Of a DNA stretch of 64,000 nucleotides, positions 1-8,688 are shown piece by piece. The DNA is from an uncultured Bacteroidota bacterium (lineage in GTDB: Bacteria; Bacteroidota; Bacteroidia; Flavobacteriales; Flavobacteriaceae). The stretch lies in the NCBI GenBank assembly GCA_902559905.1, contig CACEJV010000001.1, forward strand, positions 52,495-116,494. Reading direction: 5' to 3'. Position numbers and translations under genes: made by a program. Position 1 is the stretch's first letter, and each line of letters begins with the position of its first letter. The notes beneath the pieces are model-generated. The model was not told where the DNA came from and made no database searches. It saw nothing but the letters and a program-made list of their open reading frames with translations.

Positions 1-733
1 ATTGAGAAATTTTAGCTGTTTGTTTTAATGTGTCATAGATCCCATCAATACTATCATCTTGCATGGTTAGTAAGAAACATGAAGACATTTGTGGCTTGGG
101 AGTACCTGCATTAAATAAAGTTGGAGTTGCATGAGTAAAATATTTTTTTGACATTAACTCGTAAGTATCAATTACAGCATCAATATCATCAAGATGAATA
201 CCTACTGAGACTCTCATCAACATATGCTGAGGTCTCTCAACTATATTTCCATTAATTTTTAAAAGATATGATCTTTCAAGAGTTTTAAATCCGAAGTAAT
301 CATATCCGAAATCTCTATTGTAAATGATTTTTGAATCAAGTAACTCTGCATTTTTCTTAATCACTTTATAGACTTCATCTGATAATAGCGGAGCCTTTTT
401 ACCAGTTATTGGATTAACGTATACATGAAGATCCTTCATAGTATCAGAAAAGGACTTTGTGGTATTTTTATGTAAGTTTGAGACAGAAATTCTAGCTGCA
501 AGAGATGCATAATCTGGATGGGTAGTTGTCATAGTAGCAGCAATTTCTGCTGCTAGGTTATCTAATTCTGAAGTTGTAACACCATCATAAAGACCCTCAA
601 TCACCCTCATTGCAACTCTAACAGGATCAACCAACTCATTAAAACCATAGCAAAGCTTCTTTATCCTTGCGGTTATTTTATCAAACATTATGGGCTCTTT
701 TCTTCCGTCCCTTTTAATTACATACATAGACAT
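1..733 (-). CDS. nrdA: ribonucleoside-diphosphate reductase large (alpha) subunit, N-terminal part; the gene runs off the left edge
   Basis: Not in the ORF track because there is no stop in the window. The reverse complement from the ATG at 733-731 reads [27 protein letters not shown] (ATP-cone) ... [14 protein letters not shown] ... [23 protein letters not shown], typical of a class Ia R1 N-terminus. It lies directly downstream of nrdB. Confidence 0.85.
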   Translation of the reverse strand, partial: MSMYVIKRDGRKEPIMFDKITARIKKLCYGFNELVDPVRVAMRVIEGLYDGVTTSELDNLAAEIAATMTTTHPDYASLAARISVSNLHKNTTKSFSDTMKDLHVYVNPITGKKAPLLSDEVYKVIKKNAELLDSKIIYNRDFGYDYFGFKTLERSYLLKINGNIVERPQHMLMRVSVGIHLDDIDAVIDTYELMSKKYFTHATPTLFNAGTPKPQMSSCFLLTMQDDSIDGIYDTLKQTAKISQ

Positions 734-779
734 ATCCCTACTATACCATTTTTAAAATTAAATTAATTAAACGATTATT

Positions 780-1757
780 TTAGAAGTCATCGTCAAGATC
801 AAAGTTTGACTCTTCTTTTTTATCATTATTTAGAACACCTGCTTTTTGATATTCTGAAACTCTTTTCTCAAAGAAATTAGTTTTACCTTGAAGGTTAATC
901 ATATCCATAAAGTCGAACGGATTAGAAACATTAAATTCTTTTTCACATCCAAATTGATCTAAAAGTCTATCGGTAACAAATTCTAAATATTGCGTCATTA
1001 GTTTTGCATTCATTCCAATTAAACTCACAGGAAGTGATTCTGTTATAAATTCTCTTTCTATATTAAGAGCATCTATTAAAATTTCTTTAATTCTTTCCTT
1101 TGGTACTTTATTAATAATATGATTATTATGAAGATGAACTGCAAAATCACAATGCACACCTTCATCTCTTGAAATTAACTCGTTAGAAAAAGTTAATCCT
1201 GGCATCAGTCCTCTCTTTTTTAACCAAAAAATTGAACAGAATGAGCCTGAGAAAAATATTCCTTCTACACCAGCAAACGCAATTAATCTTTCGGCAAAGG
1301 AATCAGACTCAATCCATTTAAGAGCCCAGTCAGCTTTCTTCTTAATTGCTGGGAAATTTTCTATAGCCTTAAATAAAGTGTCTTTTTCCTTATCATCTTT
1401 TACATAAGTATCAATAAGTAAAGAATATGTTTCCGAGTGAATATTTTCCATCATAATCTGAAAACCATAGAAAAATTTTGCCTCAGAATACTGAACTTCA
1501 TTTACAAAATTTTCTGCTAAGTTCTCATTAACAATTCCATCTGATGCAGCAAAAAAAGCAAGGATGTGTTTGATAAAATATCTCTCGTCGTCATTTAATT
1601 TTGAACTCCAATCATTTAGATCTTGATGAAGATCAATCTCTTCGGCTGTCCAAAAACTGGCTTCACATTTTTTATACCATTCCCATATGTCATGGTGCTC
1701 AATTGGAAAAATTACAAATCTATCTTTATTTTCTTGTAAAAGTGGTTCTTGCTGCAT
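780..1757 (-). CDS. nrdB: ribonucleoside-diphosphate reductase small (beta) subunit, class Ia
   Basis: The 325-aa ORF carries di-iron/tyrosyl radical motifs: [41 protein letters not shown]. The acidic C-terminal tail DLDDDF is typical of the R1-binding end. Confidence 0.95.
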   Translation of the reverse strand: MQQEPLLQENKDRFVIFPIEHHDIWEWYKKCEASFWTAEEIDLHQDLNDWSSKLNDDERYFIKHILAFFAASDGIVNENLAENFVNEVQYSEAKFFYGFQIMMENIHSETYSLLIDTYVKDDKEKDTLFKAIENFPAIKKKADWALKWIESDSFAERLIAFAGVEGIFFSGSFCSIFWLKKRGLMPGLTFSNELISRDEGVHCDFAVHLHNNHIINKVPKERIKEILIDALNIEREFITESLPVSLIGMNAKLMTQYLEFVTDRLLDQFGCEKEFNVSNPFDFMDMINLQGKTNFFEKRVSEYQKAGVLNNDKKEESNFDLDDDF

Positions 1758-2026
1758 AATTAAAATTTTTTTGGTTTCTGAAAAATTCCTGACATCAAAT
1801 ATTTAAAATATAAATGAAAATTGAAAGTAGATTTTCTTAACATTAACATAAAGTTTTTAACAATGAAAAAAAATGTTTACATATAATTTTTTTTACTAAA
1901 AAAATAAAAAATTCTTATTCAATAATTTCTTAAGTTTTATAAAATATCTCCCCTATTTTCTAGCTTTAAAATGAAAGAAAAAAATATCTTCGAGAAAATT
2001 TTTTACCTTATGTTTGCAATCTGAAA

Positions 2027-2221
2027 ATGAAAAATCTAGAAAAAATTTTATTGTTTTTAACAATTTTGTTAGTAGTATTTAATTTAACACAGTTAAATAT
2101 CTATAATTTATTAGATGATGAAAACAAGATTGCGCTTATTTGTTTTATACTTTCTTTATGTGCATTGCTATTAATTTTGATATTAATGATTTCCAAAAGA
2201 ATCAGAGACAAAAATAAATAG
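2027..2221 (+). CDS. small hypothetical membrane protein (two predicted TM helices)
   Basis: 64-aa ORF with two hydrophobic stretches. A TAtgTTTG -7-like box lies at 2009-2016. No recognisable family. Confidence 0.4.
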   Translation: MKNLEKILLFLTILLVVFNLTQLNIYNLLDDENKIALICFILSLCALLLILILMISKRIRDKNK

Positions 2222-2641
2222 CTAGATCTCAATAAAATCAACCTCAACTCCCGACTTAGCGAGGAAATCAATTCCAGATTGATCTTTATATTTTTTGGAA
2301 TAAACAACCCTTTTTATTCCCGATTGAAAGATTAATTTACTGCATTCTCTACATGGAGATAATGTAATATAAAGAGTTGCTCCTTCTGTTGATTGAGTAG
2401 AACCAGACACTTTTGCTATAGCATTAGCTTCAGCATGAAGCACATACCATTTAGTATATCCCTCATCATCCTCACAAATATTTTCAAATCCGGAAGGAGT
2501 ACCATTATACCCATCTGAAATAATCATTTTATCTTTTACGATTAGTGCTCCAACTTGTCTTCGTTTACAATATGAAAGTTTAGACCATTCTTCAGCCATT
2601 TTTAAATATGCGAGATCATATTTTAATTGTTTATTTTTCAA
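2222..2641 (-). CDS. deoxycytidylate (dCMP) deaminase / ComEB-type cytidine-deoxycytidylate deaminase
   Basis: Zinc-binding motifs HAEANAI and PCRECSKLI. Size is 139 aa. Confidence 0.9.
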   Translation of the reverse strand: MKNKQLKYDLAYLKMAEEWSKLSYCKRRQVGALIVKDKMIISDGYNGTPSGFENICEDDEGYTKWYVLHAEANAIAKVSGSTQSTEGATLYITLSPCRECSKLIFQSGIKRVVYSKKYKDQSGIDFLAKSGVEVDFIEI

Positions 2642-2699
2642 GTAGTGTAATTGAATCCTAAATATAAGTTAATCTAAAATTATTAATTGGTAATCTTTA

Positions 2700-2707
2700 T
2701 ATATTTG
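2700..2707 (+). promoter_or_regulatory. candidate Bacteroidota -7 promoter box (TAnnTTTG)
   Basis: TATATTTG lies 12 nt upstream of the ATG at 2719. Confidence 0.4.
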
Positions 2708-2718
2708 TAAAAAAAAAT

Positions 2719-3129
2719 ATGTACCCAGAAGAAATCGTAAAACCATTTAAACTTGAATTAACAAACTCAGGTTTTTCAGAATTAACATCATCAGAAGATG
2801 TCAAAAATGCTCTATCTCAATCCGGAACTACTTTAATTGTAGTCAACTCAGTTTGTGGATGCGCTGCAAGAAATGCTAGACCTGGAGTAATTATGTCCTT
2901 ATCAAATCAGTCTACTCCTGATAATCTTTGTACAGTTTTTGCTGGATTTGATATTGAAGCAACTGATGCTGCAAGAGAAGAAATGTTACCATTTCCACCT
3001 TCATCTCCATCTATAGCTCTTTTTAAAGATGGTGAATTAGTACACATGGTCGAAAGACATCATATTGAAGGTAGAGATGCTAATATGATTTCACAAAATT
3101 TAGTTCAAGCTTATAACGAATTCTGCTAA
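2719..3129 (+). CDS. bacilliredoxin-like protein (YphP/YqiW, DUF1094 family)
   Basis: GTTLIVVNSVCGCAARNARPG carries the CGC redox motif and the surrounding context of the BrxA/BrxB family. Size is 136 aa. Confidence 0.75.
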   Translation: MYPEEIVKPFKLELTNSGFSELTSSEDVKNALSQSGTTLIVVNSVCGCAARNARPGVIMSLSNQSTPDNLCTVFAGFDIEATDAAREEMLPFPPSSPSIALFKDGELVHMVERHHIEGRDANMISQNLVQAYNEFC

Positions 3130-4575
3130 CTACTTTGGAAGAGTAATAGTAAAGTCTGTTCCCTTATTATTTTTTGATTTATAGGAAATTTTTCCTCTGT
3201 GAGAACTTATAATATTTCTTACAATACCAAGACCAAGACCCATACCATCAGATTTTGTTGTAAACTTTGGCTCAAATATCTTTTCACGATTGCTTTTTGA
3301 AACTCCAAGTCCATTGTCAGATACTAAAACTTTTACGTTATTTGAGTTTTCAGATATTTTAACTAAAATATCAGGCTCTCTATCATGAGGTATGGCTTGT
3401 ATACTATTTTTGATCAAGTTTGTCATTACTCTTATCCACTGAGCTTTATCTAACTTTATAAAAATACTATCACTTGAAGTCTCAAAAGTTATATTGTTTT
3501 GCTCAAATATTTCAACAGCTTTTTTAGTAGCATCAACTACATCTGTTTTTTCTAGCTGAGTTTTTGGAAGAGTAGCAAAATCTGAAAATGATGTTGCAAC
3601 ATTACTCATTGTGTCAATCTGTTCAATTAATGTATCACAAAAATCATTGATTTTATTATTTTCATCATTAGACACTATTCCACTATTTTTTTGAAAGCTT
3701 TGCACAGTTAGCCTCATAGGTGTTAATGGGTTTTTAATTTCATGAGCTACCTGTTTGGCCATTTCTTGCCAAGCCTGTTCTCTTTCTGTTTTAGCTAATC
3801 TCTGGGCACTATCCTCTAAGTCATCAATCATTTTATTGTAGGAATTAACAAGGCTATCAATTTCTTTAGTTGGATTTTTTAGATATATTTTTTCATTCTT
3901 TTTTAATAACCCAGTTTGACCAATTTTTAATCTTATTGTCTCTATTGATCGTGTTACAAACCTTGATATAAAATATGCTAGAACAATTGCAACAACTAAC
4001 ATTATAAAATAAATTTGATATAGGGTCGATAGAAAAACATTTAACTCGCTTTCTGCGAATGATACATCTTGAAAATATGGAAAAAATAAAATTGCATATT
4101 TTGTTCCTTTGTCATCTTTTAAAACACTGTAAGAAGCCTGAAACTTTCCAACATCAGTAGAGTTCTCAGAAGTAAATTTTCCTTCTTCATTAGAAACTAA
4201 CATTCTTGAAAAATCGCTATCTAAAGAATAATTGTTAGATATCACATCTAGGGGAAGATAAGAGTAGAAAAGAGGGGTTCCATCAATTTTAAATATTGAA
4301 TATTCAACACTATGAATTCGTGTTATTTCCTCAAAATCAGATTGATAATCTTCCCAAAGATCATAATTTTCTGAAAGATTGTATTTATTAACTATATAGT
4401 TTACCTGCCTTTTTAATTGACTTTCCTTTCTTTCTTGTCTGTAAGAGTTATACTGGTCAGACTCTGTCCTATACTGATAGTATGTCGATCCAAGAACAAG
4501 CAAAGTTGCTGTAAATACTAACAGAATCATTGAGATAAATATTCTCAATCTCAATGACATTTTATTCTGGAACAT
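3130..4575 (-). CDS. membrane-bound sensor histidine kinase (no adjacent response regulator)
   Basis: N-terminal TM, a second TM near residue 190, H-box HEIKNPLTPM, N-box NLIKNSIQA, G-boxes DNGLGV and GMGLGLGIV. Confidence 0.88.
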   Translation of the reverse strand: MFQNKMSLRLRIFISMILLVFTATLLVLGSTYYQYRTESDQYNSYRQERKESQLKRQVNYIVNKYNLSENYDLWEDYQSDFEEITRIHSVEYSIFKIDGTPLFYSYLPLDVISNNYSLDSDFSRMLVSNEEGKFTSENSTDVGKFQASYSVLKDDKGTKYAILFFPYFQDVSFAESELNVFLSTLYQIYFIMLVVAIVLAYFISRFVTRSIETIRLKIGQTGLLKKNEKIYLKNPTKEIDSLVNSYNKMIDDLEDSAQRLAKTEREQAWQEMAKQVAHEIKNPLTPMRLTVQSFQKNSGIVSNDENNKINDFCDTLIEQIDTMSNVATSFSDFATLPKTQLEKTDVVDATKKAVEIFEQNNITFETSSDSIFIKLDKAQWIRVMTNLIKNSIQAIPHDREPDILVKISENSNNVKVLVSDNGLGVSKSNREKIFEPKFTTKSDGMGLGLGIVRNIISSHRGKISYKSKNNKGTDFTITLPK

Positions 4576-4696
4576 AACTTATCAATTATTTACAGAGTAA
4601 ATATATTAAAAGTTTTGCCACAAGGTAAGTGTCTAACTGTAAATAGATAGACAAGTGACAAAATTAAAAATCGTAAAATTAGATGCTTATGAAAGA

Positions 4697-4819
4697 TTAA
4701 TCAATAACAGTGTGATCACCACATGTATTATTAACTTCAACCTTTACATTATGTTTTGCACAGACTAATGACTCTGTCATGTTTGTACAATTTACGCATG
4801 TATTAACTGTTTGAATCAT
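4697..4819 (-). CDS. candidate 40-aa Cys/His-containing mini-protein (unannotated, below the ORF-track cutoff)
   Basis: Reverse complement: MIQTVNTCVNCTNMTESLVCAKHNVKVEVNNTCGDHTVID, with C-x2-C ... C ... C plus two His. It stands alone in a 345-bp gap and has repeats upstream (4860-4902). Coding status is unproven. Confidence 0.3.
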   Translation of the reverse strand: MIQTVNTCVNCTNMTESLVCAKHNVKVEVNNTCGDHTVID

Positions 4820-4863
4820 TTTTATAATTTACCATAAAATTAATGCAAATAAACCTTAGAATG

Positions 4864-4896
4864 ATTATAAATTACTCATTTACAGTAATTTATAAT
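4864..4896. promoter_or_regulatory. 12-bp perfect inverted repeat (ATTATAAATTAC-N9-GTAATTTATAAT) flanked by a direct repeat of AATGATTAT
   Basis: Read directly from the sequence. AATGATTAT (4860-4868 and 4894-4902) is the complement of ATAATCATT, the core of the classical Fur box. The site lies between the stop of the Fe3+ ABC operon and the mini-ORF start. Confidence 0.3.
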
Positions 4897-4920
4897 GATT
4901 ATAAATAAGATATCAATATT

Positions 4921-5883
4921 CTATGTGAAGTAATTGCTACACTTTTTATCAAACTCTAATAAATCATTTTTATTAAAATCAATAAATAAGTCATTAGAAC
5001 TTGAAATGTTGTTGCTACTGAAGAAGTGAATTAAATCATCATTTAAAGTAGCCTCGATTTTGTACTCTTTACCAACAAAAGAAATTTTTTCAACCTTGAC
5101 TTTATATTTAGAATCTTTAACAATTTTTATTTTTTCGGGTCTAATGTAAAACTCCTTATCTTCAATTTGAATCTGATTAAGCTCTCCAAGCATTTTTGCG
5201 CAGTAACAATTTGCAGGGTTACAATACATCTCCTCAGGATTATCAAATTGTTGAACTATTCCAGCCTTAAAAACTAGTAGCTTATCCGAAATGTCAAAAG
5301 TATCTTTAATATCATGAGTTACAAGAATAGTTGTAGTGTTAGTTTTTTTTAAAATCTTGTAAATCTCATTCTGAATCTTAGATTTAATAGCAAAGTCTAG
5401 ATTACTAAATGGCTCATCCATTAGAAGAAGATCAGGCTCTCTAACAAGGGCTCTCGCTATTGAAACTCTTTGTTGCTCTCCTCCAGATAATTCATGAGGA
5501 AATCTTTTCAAAAGATTACTTAATCCCATTAAGTCTATATAGTAATCAATATTTGTATAATAAGATTCATTTAAATTAATTTTAATATTATCTAAAGTAT
5601 TTAAATGAGGGAATAATGGATAATCTTGAAAAATAAAACCAATTTTTCTAAGATGAGGTTTTATAAATATATCTTTATCATTTAAAATCTTATTGTTTAA
5701 AGTTATTACTCCAGAGTTTATTTTTTCAAGACCTGCTAAACATTTAAGAAATGTTGTTTTCCCTGAACCACTTTCTCCTATAAAAGAAACAAACTCGCCT
5801 TTTTCAACAGAGAAATCCAATTCTTTAATAATCGGATTATCCTTATTATAATATTTAACTAGTTTTTGAATGTTAAGATACAT
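4921..5883 (-). CDS. ABC transporter ATP-binding protein, Fe3+/polyamine-type importer (FbpC-like)
   Basis: Walker A GESGSGKTT, signature LSGGEQQRVSIARAL, Walker B LLLMDEPFS. It has a C-terminal regulatory/OB-like extension and overlaps the permease gene by 11 nt. Confidence 0.9.
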   Translation of the reverse strand: MYLNIQKLVKYYNKDNPIIKELDFSVEKGEFVSFIGESGSGKTTFLKCLAGLEKINSGVITLNNKILNDKDIFIKPHLRKIGFIFQDYPLFPHLNTLDNIKINLNESYYTNIDYYIDLMGLSNLLKRFPHELSGGEQQRVSIARALVREPDLLLMDEPFSNLDFAIKSKIQNEIYKILKKTNTTTILVTHDIKDTFDISDKLLVFKAGIVQQFDNPEEMYCNPANCYCAKMLGELNQIQIEDKEFYIRPEKIKIVKDSKYKVKVEKISFVGKEYKIEATLNDDLIHFFSSNNISSSNDLFIDFNKNDLLEFDKKCSNYFT

Positions 5884-7453
5884 TAATACTCTTATTGATT
5901 ATTTTCCTCAAAAATATTAATAATACCGTACCAAATAAAATTATTACTAGAGAGTATATTGATGATTTTGCAATCATCTCTTCAATTGCATATTCATATG
6001 TTTTCACAGCTAGTGTATCAAAATTAAATGGCCTAAGTATAAGTGTAATTGGGAGCTCTTTTATTATGTCAACAAAACATAAAATAAATGCTATTAAGAT
6101 AGAGGTCTTATTAATTGGCAAATGAATCTTACTAAAAATTTTGTAGTTGGTCATACCTAGGTTTCTTCCTGTTTGATCAAATGATTCAGGATGTTTCTCA
6201 AAACTGGATTTTAGAGGTGATATACCAACTGCCATGTATCTCATTACATATGCATAGATTAGTACAATTAAAGAACCAAATACGATTGAAATTCCTGAGA
6301 AGTTTGAAAAAGCTGAGATAATTAGTATTAATGATAATGCAATTACTGCTCCTGGAATTGCATATGTTAAGGACACAATCTCACTTAAAAAAAATATAGT
6401 TTTACTTCTAGATATTTTTTTAAAAAATTGAAACAAAATTGCAATTATTACAATTATCAAAGATGAAATAAAAGCTAAAAAAAATGAATTAAATGAAAGA
6501 ATATATAACTCATTTAAATCGATTTTACTAAATGTATCAATAGCATTTTTTATTATATAAATTACAGGAATAAAGAATCCAAGTATAAAAGGAATTATAC
6601 ATGTAAAGTATATAAGACTCTTTGATGATTTATTTAAAGTGTAATTTCCTGAGACATCATCGTTTGACTTATAGTTATAGTTGTATTTAGAGTTTGAATA
6701 TCTTTCAAGAATAAAGAAAATTGAAACAATAATTAAAAGACATACGGCAAGAATTGATGCAGTATCAACATCTTCCATTGAATACCATGACCTAAAAATT
6801 CCACTTGTGAAGGTATTAACTCCAAAATATTTTACTGCGCCATATTCATTGAGAACTTCCATAATCACTAGAAAAAGACCTGAAAAAATTGATACTCTTG
6901 AAATTGGAATTATAATTTTAAAAAAAGTTTTTAGTTGAGACATTCCAAGATTTCTTGCAACCTTTATGTAGTTTGATCCAATAAGCGAAAATGAAATCCT
7001 ACAGGCTGTATATATATATGGGTAAAGTACAAGTGCCATTAGTATAGATAAAATTTCAATTTGTAGGTAGTCTTGATTAAAATAAGGGTAAATATCAGGA
7101 TAATAGTTTCTTAAAAAACTTTGCATTGGTCCAGTATAACTCAATAAATCACTATATGTAAATGCAATAATATATGATGGTATGGCAAGAGGAAGAAATA
7201 GAACAACGTCAAAAAAGTTCTTTCCTTTAAAATTTGAAGTTGAAATAAACCACGCTGGAATTATTCCTAGTATTAGAGAAAATATAGAGGTTAGAAAAAC
7301 TAAGTATAGTGTATTAAATGAATAGCTAACAAGAAGATTATTCCATAAATAGATAAAATTCTCAAGGTTTAAACCCAAAACACTATAGACTAAATATATC
7401 AATGGACATATAAGTACTAGTGATATTATTAATGTTAATGATTTAACATTCAT
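5873..7453 (-). CDS. iron ABC transporter permease, duplicated (two fused TMD halves, FbpB-like)
   Basis: 526 aa and highly hydrophobic. Two EAA-like loops: ARNLGMSQLKTFFKIIIP and GRNLGMTNYKIFSKIHLP. Confidence 0.85.
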   Translation of the reverse strand: MNVKSLTLIISLVLICPLIYLVYSVLGLNLENFIYLWNNLLVSYSFNTLYLVFLTSIFSLILGIIPAWFISTSNFKGKNFFDVVLFLPLAIPSYIIAFTYSDLLSYTGPMQSFLRNYYPDIYPYFNQDYLQIEILSILMALVLYPYIYTACRISFSLIGSNYIKVARNLGMSQLKTFFKIIIPISRVSIFSGLFLVIMEVLNEYGAVKYFGVNTFTSGIFRSWYSMEDVDTASILAVCLLIIVSIFFILERYSNSKYNYNYKSNDDVSGNYTLNKSSKSLIYFTCIIPFILGFFIPVIYIIKNAIDTFSKIDLNELYILSFNSFFLAFISSLIIVIIAILFQFFKKISRSKTIFFLSEIVSLTYAIPGAVIALSLILIISAFSNFSGISIVFGSLIVLIYAYVMRYMAVGISPLKSSFEKHPESFDQTGRNLGMTNYKIFSKIHLPINKTSILIAFILCFVDIIKELPITLILRPFNFDTLAVKTYEYAIEEMIAKSSIYSLVIILFGTVLLIFLRKIINKSINVS

Positions 7454-7472
7454 TATTTAAAGCTTTAGGTTA

Positions 7473-8492
7473 TTATTTCCAACCAGCAGCGTCAAATATA
7501 CGAACCGCATTTTTTCTCTCTTTACCTAACATGTTTAAATCAAGTGGGTCTTTTTTAAAACTTCCCCAATCTTTAACAATTTGATTAGGCTCAATATTTG
7601 ATTTTACAGAATATTCAAATGTATTATTAACATATGTTTTTTGAGCATCATCACTTGTAAGATATTTTATCAACTTAAGAGCATTTGACTTATTTGGAGA
7701 ATTCTTTGCTAACGCAATTCCTGATACATTTATATGAGATCCTCTATCACCTTCAGCTTGATTAGGAAAGAAAACTGATATTGCCTTTCCAGCATTAATC
7801 TCTTCTTCATTTTCTGAAGATAGAAGCAAGCCAATATAATATGAGTTAACAATTGCTATATCACCTTGGCCAGCAGCAATTGCTTTAACTTGGTCTCTAT
7901 CATTACCCTTTGGATCCCTGGCAAAATTTGATACGATAGCGTTAGCCCAAGATTTTGTCTGTTCTTCACCAAGATTAGCGACTAATGATGATAACAATGC
8001 TTGATTGTATGAATTAGATGAAGATCTAACTAAAATTCTTCCTTTCCATTTATTGTCTGCAAGATCTTCATATGTACTTAACTCATTTTCCTTAACTCTT
8101 TCGTTGCTATACACAATTATCCTAGATCTATATGTTACAGGAATCCAATATCCATTTTTATCTAAAAGGGTTTCCGTAATTCCTTCTGTTATTGAGTTGT
8201 CTTCATATTTTTGAAGTAAGCCCATATCTGTTGCTTGCCAGAGTTTACCTACATCAACTGTTATGAATAGATCAGCAGGGCTATTATCTCCCTCATTTTT
8301 AATCCTCTGTAATAGTTCATCAGCGTTAGCTTTAATTACATTAACTTTTATCCCTGTTTCTTTTTCAAAATTATCATATTGTAGTTGATCCACATCATAA
8401 TGCCTTTGACTATATATGTTAACAATCATTTCGTCCTGATTGTTAGAGCATCCAATAGTGATTAAAAATAAAAGTGATAATATTTTCTTCAT
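7473..8492 (-). CDS. Fe3+ ABC transporter substrate-binding lipoprotein (FbpA/AfuA-like)
   Basis: The likely start is MKKILSLLFLITIGCSNN (lipobox). The ORF-track start at 8513 adds 7 aa. Periplasmic-binding fold type (IVNSYY, NVSGIALAKNSPN), first gene of the ABC operon. Confidence 0.85.
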   Translation of the reverse strand: MKKILSLLFLITIGCSNNQDEMIVNIYSQRHYDVDQLQYDNFEKETGIKVNVIKANADELLQRIKNEGDNSPADLFITVDVGKLWQATDMGLLQKYEDNSITEGITETLLDKNGYWIPVTYRSRIIVYSNERVKENELSTYEDLADNKWKGRILVRSSSNSYNQALLSSLVANLGEEQTKSWANAIVSNFARDPKGNDRDQVKAIAAGQGDIAIVNSYYIGLLLSSENEEEINAGKAISVFFPNQAEGDRGSHINVSGIALAKNSPNKSNALKLIKYLTSDDAQKTYVNNTFEYSVKSNIEPNQIVKDWGSFKKDPLDLNMLGKERKNAVRIFDAAGWK

Positions 8493-8532
8493 AATAATTA
8501 TTTGAGATAACAATATTAAAAAAATATTATTA

Positions 8533-8549
8533 TTTAGAACAATTCTAAA
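8533..8549. promoter_or_regulatory. candidate operator, palindrome TTTAGAA-CAA-TTCTAAA (copy 1 of 3)
   Basis: Perfect 7-bp arms. Lies in the divergent region between the Fe3+ ABC operon and a TonB-dependent receptor. Confidence 0.35.
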
Positions 8550-8577
8550 TAAAATATTTATATTAGGGGAAAAATAA

Positions 8578-8594
8578 TTTAGAACGGTTCTAAA
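8578..8594. promoter_or_regulatory. candidate operator, palindrome TTTAGAA-CGG-TTCTAAA (copy 2 of 3)
   Basis: Perfect 7-bp arms, centred 45 bp from copy 1. Confidence 0.35.
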
Positions 8595-8638
8595 TAGTGA
8601 TAAATCTTAATTTAAAGATTTATTATTTCCGTAAACCA

Positions 8639-8655
8639 TCTAGGACCGTTCTAAA
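8639..8655. promoter_or_regulatory. candidate operator, degenerate copy TCTAGGA-CCG-TTCTAAA (copy 3 of 3)
   Basis: 14 of 17 positions match copy 2. The right half-site is intact. It ends 34 nt upstream of the receptor ATG at 8689. Confidence 0.25.
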
Positions 8656-8688
8656 TGTATTTAATTAGAATTAAACACACTGAAAATT

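Noticed and set aside
8514-8688. Searched the Fe3+ ABC / receptor divergent region for a classical 19-bp Fur box
   Set aside because: Only a weak resemblance was found (TGATAAATCTTAAT around 8597-8610). The TTTAGAA-N3-TTCTAAA palindromes are the much stronger signal, so I did not call a Fur box here.
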